Origin: an uncultured delta proteobacterium
Lineage (GTDB): Bacteria; Myxococcota_A; Polyangia; Fen-1088
Reading direction: 5' to 3'
Length of the DNA stretch: 64,000 nucleotides
Assembly (NCBI GenBank): GCA_963796685.1
Contig: CAWCMR010000022.1
Coordinates: 32,001 to 96,000 of the forward strand
A program made the position numbers and the translations under genes. Shown here piece by piece: positions 57,217 through 64,000 of the stretch. The notes under the pieces are model-generated. The model was not told where the DNA came from and did not search any database. It worked only from the letters and a program-made list of their open reading frames with translations. Position 1 is the stretch's first letter. The number at the start of each line of letters is the position of its first letter.

Positions 57217-59958
57217 ATGACCAAGAGAATGACTTCTCAGATTCAAGTAGGCAGTTCTCACCCATCTTCAGGTCTTCTGCCATGCCTCGCGGCCTTCTTC
57301 GCCGCGAGCCTGGCGGTTGGCTGCAGTAGCTCCTCGAGTACGCCCCCTCCGAAGGATGGCGCGGTGGACCAAGCAAAGGACACTGCAAACAACACTGCAC
57401 TCGACACTGCAAAGGACGTAGGCAGCGATACCGCAAAGCTTGATCTCGCCATGGACACTGGCGGCTGCTACGAAAACGGCCAGTTCTACGCCTTCGGCGC
57501 CACCGTCGTCACGTCCGGCAGTTGTACCTCCACGTGCACGTGCCTCAGCAACGGCACGGTCGGCCTGTGTACGACCACCTGTTACGATGCCAGCGTGCCT
57601 GATGTCCCCCCGACGGATACCCCGATTACCTGCACCAGGGCCGGCAAGTCCTACAATCCTGGCGAAACCGTTCCTCTCAACGACGGGTGCGGAGGGACCT
57701 GCGTTTGCCTGACGACCGGCGTTCTCGGGTCATGCATAAACACGTGCCCGCTCGACACCGGGGTCAAAGATACCAATCAACCGGATCAGCCACCACCGGT
57801 AGACACCCAGCCACCCATCGACACTGGTTGCGCCGCCGGAGCGGCCTGCAACCTGGCAAGCGGCGTCAAAGGCTTCTGCGCTGCCGGCGTCTGCAAGGCG
57901 TGCGCGGGCGCAACGGACGATGCCTCTTGCAAGACAGCCTACGGGGTCGGAAACATCTGCATCGCCGGTGCCTGCACGGCTGGCGACTGCCACGACTCCA
58001 CGGGCTGCTCGGCGGGCCGCATCTGCGGTTCCAGCGTGGCCCACGCCTGTGGCGACTGCACCACCGACACCCAGTGCACCGGGGATACGCGCTACGGGGC
58101 GGGATCCCTCTGCGTGAATAATCTCTGTGTCCAGGGCGACTGCCACGACACCAGCGCCGACTGCACCGGCACCACCAAGGTGGGCCAGGTGTGCGGGGCC
58201 ACCACGGCCCACACCTGCGGCGCCTGCACCGCTGACACGCAGTGTGCGGACGATGCAACCTACTCGGCTGCAACCCCGCCCAAGTCCATCTGCACGACGA
58301 CCACCGGTTTGGCCAAAGCTGGCCAGTGCGTCGCCAATCCCACGACCGGCACCGGCAATCTCTGCACCAGCAACAACGTGGTGTGCCCGGCCAACAGTGC
58401 CGACTTCTGCTGCGGCAACAAGTGCGTTGCCGGCAATTGTTGCGGCGATGCCGATTGCACGACTCTCGGCTCCGACTTCGTCTGCCGCCAAAACACGTGC
58501 ACGCGCTGCGACACCGCCACTGGCTATGCCTACTTCGTCGATCCCATCAATGGTGACGATGCGACGGCCACCGGCAGCGGCATGTCCGGGGGAACCGCCG
58601 CGGCAGCTTGCAGCTTCCGCACGATCAAGCAGGCCCTGACCGTCATCAATGGTCTCACGGCGCCGACCGGAACGGCCTTCACCGTCACCGTGGTCGGCCA
58701 AACCACCGGCACCACCTCTCTGTACATGGTTGCTGCCGGCGGGGTAACCAGTGTCGAAGCTCTGCCCATCGTGGTGCCTGCCAACGTGACCATCACGACC
58801 AAGACCGGCCCGGTGAGTCTCGCATTACGCGTCGGCGATACCCTCGGCTTCCGTCTTGCCGGAGCCGGCGCAGGCCTCAAGCCTGTCACCGCCGCGCCCT
58901 TGACCATCAATGGAGCGGCCCGAGCGAACAGTGTTGGTATCGTGATCGCCCCTACCAGCGGAACCGCAAGCCTCGGCAACGTCACGGTGACGAACACGGC
59001 CAGTGACGGCATCCAGGTTACAGGAGGCACGGCCAGTATTCTTGCCGGCGTCACCGTAACCGGCGCTGGCGCCAACGGGCTCAGTATCTCGGCAGGTTCG
59101 GCAACCATGAGCGCCGGCATCACCATCACGAACGCCGGCACCAACGGCATCAACATCTCGGGCACCGGCGCGGCCACCATGAGTGGCGGCGTCAGCGTCA
59201 CAGGCGCGACCAACCACGGTATCAATATCCTGGGCACCGGTGCGGCAACCATCGGTGCTGGCGTCAGTGTGACAGGCTCGGACGCCAACGGCCTCAACAT
59301 CCAAGGCGGCGGCACGGCAACCATCACGGTGACGAGCGCCACCGCTGCCAGCACGGTCTTCGACAGCAATGGTCAGTACGGCATCTCCGTGGCGGGAACC
59401 GGTGTGCTTACCATCAGCGGCGCAACGGTCGCGACCGGAACCACGGTACGCACGGTTTCGGCCAAGAGCAATACCTTGAGCAACGTCTATTTCGCCAGCA
59501 CATCCACGGCTCTGAGTACCATCGATCATTTCTATTCCTACAATAGCTCGGCGGATGGACTGCGCATTGCAGCGGGCAGCACGATTCAAGTCCGCAACAG
59601 CGTCTTCAGAAGGAATGCTGGCGATGGTATCCATATCATTTCATCTACCAGCACCGACGATCTCTCCAATATCGACCTCGGGACCTCCGCTACAACGGAT
59701 GCCGGCAACAATGAGCTTCAGAGTGCAGCGACCGGCACCAAGAACACCGGCGCAGGTCTATGCGTGGATCTGACCCTGACCACCACACCCGCGCAAACTC
59801 TGGAGGCCAGGGGTAACCAGTTCACGGGTGTCGACTGCACGGCGACTGGGGCAGGTGCAATCACCAAGAATGCGACCTGTGCTTCAGGTGTTGACCTGGG
59901 TATTACGGCGGCTGGCCCGACCGTGACTGTCAACACCAACCTCTGCACGCATCCGTAA
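57217..59958 (+). CDS. Large surface lipoprotein: Cys-rich N-half (VWC-like and other repeats) plus right-handed beta-helix
   Basis: RBS aaggaaag; lipobox AVGC; CxxCxC units; YFVDPINGDD..FRTIKQAL start of beta-helix; ~23-aa NGINIxG coils. Confidence 0.82.
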   Translation: MTKRMTSQIQVGSSHPSSGLLPCLAAFFAASLAVGCSSSSSTPPPKDGAVDQAKDTANNTALDTAKDVGSDTAKLDLAMDTGGCYENGQFYAFGATVVTSGSCTSTCTCLSNGTVGLCTTTCYDASVPDVPPTDTPITCTRAGKSYNPGETVPLNDGCGGTCVCLTTGVLGSCINTCPLDTGVKDTNQPDQPPPVDTQPPIDTGCAAGAACNLASGVKGFCAAGVCKACAGATDDASCKTAYGVGNICIAGACTAGDCHDSTGCSAGRICGSSVAHACGDCTTDTQCTGDTRYGAGSLCVNNLCVQGDCHDTSADCTGTTKVGQVCGATTAHTCGACTADTQCADDATYSAATPPKSICTTTTGLAKAGQCVANPTTGTGNLCTSNNVVCPANSADFCCGNKCVAGNCCGDADCTTLGSDFVCRQNTCTRCDTATGYAYFVDPINGDDATATGSGMSGGTAAAACSFRTIKQALTVINGLTAPTGTAFTVTVVGQTTGTTSLYMVAAGGVTSVEALPIVVPANVTITTKTGPVSLALRVGDTLGFRLAGAGAGLKPVTAAPLTINGAARANSVGIVIAPTSGTASLGNVTVTNTASDGIQVTGGTASILAGVTVTGAGANGLSISAGSATMSAGITITNAGTNGINISGTGAATMSGGVSVTGATNHGINILGTGAATIGAGVSVTGSDANGLNIQGGGTATITVTSATAASTVFDSNGQYGISVAGTGVLTISGATVATGTTVRTVSAKSNTLSNVYFASTSTALSTIDHFYSYNSSADGLRIAAGSTIQVRNSVFRRNAGDGIHIISSTSTDDLSNIDLGTSATTDAGNNELQSAATGTKNTGAGLCVDLTLTTTPAQTLEARGNQFTGVDCTATGAGAITKNATCASGVDLGITAAGPTVTVNTNLCTHP

Positions 59959-60006
59959 CCACCGTACCTGAACGCAGCTCCTAATTGCGAGCCGCTCCAA
60001 TCAATC

Positions 60007-60048
60007 AACGCCCCGGCAGGTCCAATCCCTCGCCGGGGCGTTTTCTTT
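60007..60048 (+). terminator. Intrinsic terminator
   Basis: aacgccccggc / gccggggcgtt stem followed by ttcttt, downstream of the 59958 stop. Confidence 0.8.
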
Positions 60049-60103
60049 GGCTCGCGATGCATGGGAAGAACGAACCCGGCGGCCAGTCGGTGTCGCGATG
60101 GCG

Positions 60104-62584
60104 TTACTGGCACGAGCTGAGCAGCACGCTCACGGTGTCCGAGCCTTGGTTCGTGACCACGATGTCCGGCTTGCCGTCGCCGTTCACATCGCCCATCGCT
60201 ACCGAGTCCGGACCACCGTCGCAGGGCATACAGATGGAAGCGGCCGCATAGTCCACTTCCCGCGCGAAGGTCCCGTCACCATTGCCAAGAAACAGGCCCA
60301 CGGTGCCGGTACGGTTCGCCGTCACCAGATCCATCTTGCCGTCGCCGTTCAAGTCGCCCACGGCCACGGACTTAGGGCTCAGGGAAGGTAAGGTCGGGTA
60401 GTCGTCTCTGGCAGTGAAGGTCCCGTCGCCCTTTCCAAGCAGGATACCGAGGGCGTCGCTGAAGGCGTGGTTCGTGGTGAGGATGTCCAACACGCCATCA
60501 CCGTTCAAGTCGCCCAGAACCACGGAGGTCGGGAGGTTCGGCGTCGGGTAGTCCTTCTTCGCGGCGAAGGTTCCGTTGCCTTTGCCGAGCAGCACGCTCA
60601 CGCTCTGCGAGTCGTAGCTCGCGGTCGCAACATCCAGCTTGCCATCGCCGTTCAAGTCGCCCAGCGCCAGCGCGCTTGGGGCCCCCCCGGTTGGGCAGCC
60701 CGTGCTCGCGGTGAAGGTTCCATCGCCCTTGCCGAGCAGCACGCCCACCATATTCGAACCGGAGAGAGCAACGACGAGGTCCAACTTGCCATCGCCATTC
60801 AAGTCACCTAGTGCCAGCGCGACGCCCGACATGGTGTAGTCCACTTTGGCGACAAAGGTCCCGTCGCCCTTTCCCAGCGACACCCTGACCACCTGCGGGC
60901 TCGCTTCGATCGCGACGACATCCGGCTTGCCATCGCCATCGAGATCGCCGAACACCGCCGAATCGCCCGACAGGCTGGTGTCGGGTGCGTTGGCAGTGAA
61001 GGAGCCGTCGCCTTTCCCAAGCAACACGGTCAACCAAGGGCCTACCCCAACCAGGTCGACGTTGCCATCACCGTTCAAGTCCCTCATCAGCACCCCATTT
61101 GCCAACACGCCTTCATAGTTCGCCAGGTTGGCGAAGTTTCCATCGCCCTTCCCGAGTTGAACACTTAGGGTACTGGAGTCGTTCGTCGCGACGAGATCCA
61201 GCTTGCTGTCGCCGTTCAAGTCGCTTAGCGCTACCGAGGTCGGGTGTCCTCCGGTCGGAAAGTCCACCCTGGTCGCGAAGGTCCCATCGCCTTTCCCTGG
61301 CAGCACGCTCACCGTGCCCGCGATGTCGTTCGCCGCGACGAGGTCGAGCGCGCCGTCGCCGTTCACGTCACCCAGCGCCAACGAAATCGGCATGCCGATT
61401 ATTGGCGTGGTATCGAGCTCGTACCCCCCGGCCGCGTAGTCCACCTTGGCCGCGAAGGTCCCATGGCCCATTCCCAGCAGCACGCTCACGGACATCGAGA
61501 AGTAGCTCGTGGTCACGATGTCCAGCCTGTTGTCGCCGTTCAAGTCACCCAGGACCACCGAGTACAAGGCCCTTCCAGCAGCGTAGTCCGCCTTGGCGGC
61601 AAAGGTCCCGTCGCCCTTCCCGAGCAGCACGCTCACCGTGCTTGCGCTGGAGTTTGCCGTCACGAGGTCCAGCTTGCCATCGCCGTTCAGGTCGCCCAGC
61701 GCCACCGATTGCGGCATAGACCCGGTGGCGTAGTCCACCTTGGCGGCAAAGGCACCGCCATCCTTTCCAAGCAGCACGCTCACCGTGTTCGCGTCGTTGT
61801 TCGTCGCGACGATGTCCGGCCTGCCGTCGCCGTTCAGGTCGCCCAAGGCCACCGCAATGGGGGAAGCCCCGGTCGCATAGTCCACCTTGGCGGCGAAAGT
61901 CCCATCGCCTTTGCCGAGCAGCACGCTGACTGTGTTCGCGTCCAGATTGGTCGTCACGACGTCCAGCTCGCCGTCGCCGTTCAGGTCTGCAAGCGCCAGC
62001 GAAGTCGGAGAAGCCCCGGTCGGGTAGTCCGCTTTGGCGGCGAACGTCCCGTCGCCTTTGCCAAGCAGCACGCTCACCGTGGCCGCGCCTTGGTTGGCGG
62101 TAACGAGGTCGGGTTCGTGGTCGCCGTTCAGATCCCCCCATGCCAGCGAATTCGGGCCTGCCCCGGTTTCCATCAGTGGGAACGAGCCGAACGAGAGTGT
62201 TCCAGGGCACGCTGTCGAACCACCACTGTCCAAGCCGGCTTCCTTCTTGCCCATGGCCTCGCTCGCAGCATCCTGCTTGATGGGCGCCGTATCCGGAATT
62301 GCTGCCGTGCCTGGGATTGCGCTGTCGTGGTCAGGGCTTGCGCTGTCGTGGCCGGAAAGAGGTGCATCCAGACCGCTATCGATGATGTCGACACCCGCAT
62401 CGACGGTCGCGTCCTTGTAGACGGCATCGCTGTCGCCTGGCAGGTCACGTTGCGAACCGAGATCGGGTACGCTCGTCCCCGAATCATTGGTCTTGCGGGT
62501 TCTCAGCGTGGAGCTGCCGCACGCGGCGAGGACAAGGGCGGACGCGATGACGAAACCAATCCTCCTGGCGGTGCATGAGACCAT
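60104..62584 (-). CDS. FG-GAP/VCBS repeat lipoprotein (integrin-like beta-propellers)
   Basis: Lipobox LAAC; about 14 copies of GDLNGDGKLD(L/I)V...VSVLLGKGDGTF. Confidence 0.92.
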   Translation of the reverse strand: MVSCTARRIGFVIASALVLAACGSSTLRTRKTNDSGTSVPDLGSQRDLPGDSDAVYKDATVDAGVDIIDSGLDAPLSGHDSASPDHDSAIPGTAAIPDTAPIKQDAASEAMGKKEAGLDSGGSTACPGTLSFGSFPLMETGAGPNSLAWGDLNGDHEPDLVTANQGAATVSVLLGKGDGTFAAKADYPTGASPTSLALADLNGDGELDVVTTNLDANTVSVLLGKGDGTFAAKVDYATGASPIAVALGDLNGDGRPDIVATNNDANTVSVLLGKDGGAFAAKVDYATGSMPQSVALGDLNGDGKLDLVTANSSASTVSVLLGKGDGTFAAKADYAAGRALYSVVLGDLNGDNRLDIVTTSYFSMSVSVLLGMGHGTFAAKVDYAAGGYELDTTPIIGMPISLALGDVNGDGALDLVAANDIAGTVSVLPGKGDGTFATRVDFPTGGHPTSVALSDLNGDSKLDLVATNDSSTLSVQLGKGDGNFANLANYEGVLANGVLMRDLNGDGNVDLVGVGPWLTVLLGKGDGSFTANAPDTSLSGDSAVFGDLDGDGKPDVVAIEASPQVVRVSLGKGDGTFVAKVDYTMSGVALALGDLNGDGKLDLVVALSGSNMVGVLLGKGDGTFTASTGCPTGGAPSALALGDLNGDGKLDVATASYDSQSVSVLLGKGNGTFAAKKDYPTPNLPTSVVLGDLNGDGVLDILTTNHAFSDALGILLGKGDGTFTARDDYPTLPSLSPKSVAVGDLNGDGKMDLVTANRTGTVGLFLGNGDGTFAREVDYAAASICMPCDGGPDSVAMGDVNGDGKPDIVVTNQGSDTVSVLLSSCQ

Positions 62585-62804
62585 GGGGCCCTCCGATGGC
62601 TACGTTCTTCCCGACCGAAGAAGCCCCTTCTAGCACGATTGCGGCTCTCCGAGGAGAGCCCAAGGTCAAGGCGTCATGGCGAGACCGTGGTGGATTCGTG
62701 GCAGGAATGTGGTGGCAGGGCTGACCAGCGCGAGCATCGTTTGGGCGAGAGGAAATTGCTGGTGGGTCGACGCCGGGGACCGCCGGGCAGGATGGTAGGA
62801 GCAA

Positions 62805-63299
62805 ATGAGAATTCGACTTGTCTATCCGGATCCGAACCCTCGCGTTGGGTTGAGTGGGCGAAAGGTCGAGAGCGCCGCGCTCCAGCTCTTGGCGGCGATT
62901 ACCCCGGCTGAGCACGAGGTCTCCATCGTGCAAGAGCATTTGGGCGACCGCGTTTCCTTCGACGACGCGGATATCGACCTGGTGGGCATCACGGCCATGA
63001 CCATCCAGTCCCGTCGCGCCTACGAGATCGCGGACGGGTTCCGGCGCGCGGGCAAGACCGTGGTTCTGGGCGGAATCCACCCATCCGTGCTGCCCGACGA
63101 GGCGCTGGCGCACGCGGACGCCGTGGTGGTGGGCGAAGCCGAGCCGGTGTGGCCGCAGGTGCTCGCCGATGCGGCGAAGCATTCGCTGCGGGGCATCTAT
63201 CGCGGGCACCTGCCGGGCCCCAATTTGACCAACTTGACCAACCAGGGCTGGGATGTCAAAGTTAGCATCAAGGTCGAGGGAACATGCGCAAGGCTGTGA
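62805..63299 (+). pseudogene. Truncated B12-binding domain radical SAM gene
   Basis: DLVGIT, RAYEIAD, VVLGGIHPS, ADAVVVGEAE..W, then similarity lost after LRGIYRG; no CxxxCxxC. Confidence 0.78.
63225..63242 (+). promoter_or_regulatory. Tandem ttgaccaac repeat, candidate TA promoter/operator
   Basis: ttgaccaac-ttgaccaac ending ~40 bp upstream of the antitoxin start. Confidence 0.4.
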
Positions 63300-63523
63300 A
63301 TATCTACCAAGCCAAGAGCCAGCTGTCGGACATGGTAAGCCGGGCAGCCGACGGCGAGGAATTTGTCATTGCCAAGTCGGGAAAGCCACGTGCGCGCTTG
63401 GTACCCCTGGCCGCTCACCCGGTTCGCCGACGGCCAGGCGGTGGCAAGGGCAAGGTGTGGGTTGCGGATGACTTCGACGCGCCTTTGCCGGCCGATCTGG
63501 TTGCCGCCTTCGAGGGCCGCTAG
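63284..63523 (+). CDS. Phd/YefM-family antitoxin
   Basis: VNIYQAKSQLS, GEEFVIAKSGKPRARLVP, DDFDAPLP. Confidence 0.92.
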   Translation: MRKAVNIYQAKSQLSDMVSRAADGEEFVIAKSGKPRARLVPLAAHPVRRRPGGGKGKVWVADDFDAPLPADLVAAFEGR

Positions 63524-63525
63524 CC

Positions 63526-63900
63526 TTGCGACTACTTCTCGATACGCATGCGTTCTTGTGGTGGTGGGCCGGGGACCGGAAAATTGGCGCCAAGGTCCGT
63601 GCCACGATCGGCGGCGCCGACACCGTGTTGGTGAGCGCGGTGTCGGCGTGGGAAATGACCATCAAGATGTCTCTCGGCAAACTGCGTTTTGATGGCGGCA
63701 TTGCCGATGCCGCGGAAGCTTGTGGCTTCAAGCGCCTTGACATGCAATTCGAACACGCCGAGGCCGTTCGCAGTTTGCCTTCTCACCACAGCGATCCTTT
63801 CGACCGAATGCTGATCGCACAAGCCATCGTCGAAGGCGCGACCTTCGTCACCCACGACCGTGCCATCGCGAACTACCTCATTCCTACTTTGTGGATCTAG
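63526..63900 (+). CDS. vapC: PIN-domain VapC toxin
   Basis: TTG start; LLLDTHAFLW, SAVSAWE, HSDPFDRMLIAQA, VTHD. Confidence 0.92.
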   Translation: MRLLLDTHAFLWWWAGDRKIGAKVRATIGGADTVLVSAVSAWEMTIKMSLGKLRFDGGIADAAEACGFKRLDMQFEHAEAVRSLPSHHSDPFDRMLIAQAIVEGATFVTHDRAIANYLIPTLWI

Positions 63901-64000
63901 TTTCGATAAGGACGACATCAGACCGAGGACATCCTCAAGAAGATCCTTGGTCCTCAATCCGAGCAAGGAATCAGCACCTCCACGGCATGCTCTTGGCGAT

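Noticed and set aside
60104-62200. Regularly spaced ~150-bp repeats as a CRISPR-like array
   Set aside because: They are coding FG-GAP repeats in one ORF; no unique spacers or cas genes

Overview
High-GC bacterial chromosomal window. Its gene content (MYXO-CTERM anchor, Cys-rich repeat lipoproteins, TPR plus Cys-rich lipoprotein pair, DUF1501 pair) points to Myxococcota/Polyangia; this is inference. Housekeeping and transport genes include serA, iscS-thiI, a DegT aminotransferase, a Zn/Mn uptake operon, a DsbA/DoxX/rhodanese cluster, and a two-component system divergent from a TolC-MFP-RND efflux operon. There are hemicellulose-debranching enzymes (two GH54, one CE1-like esterase), many stalked surface lipoproteins, and a Phd-VapC module that truncates a B12-radical-SAM gene. 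Best candidate for an undescribed system is a tightly coupled 7-gene, ~10.6 kb operon (34998-45597). It encodes two signal-less OmpA/peptidoglycan-binding proteins with transthyretin-like modules, two distant paralogs of an unrecognised ~395-aa family, a signal-less M14 carboxypeptidase, a clan-CD (His-Gly...Cys) protease-like protein and an exported partner. It may be an orphan T6SS/CIS cargo-immunity locus. Also notable are a Cys/His-rich leader ORF ending PKNSPP plus a hairpin upstream of the metal-uptake operon, and 9 apparent frameshifts, 6 of which are the same GATCT->GATTCT insertion (probably a methylation-linked sequencing artefact). No rRNA, tRNA, CRISPR array or transposase was recognised. 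All assignments come from motif recognition by eye, without database searches.
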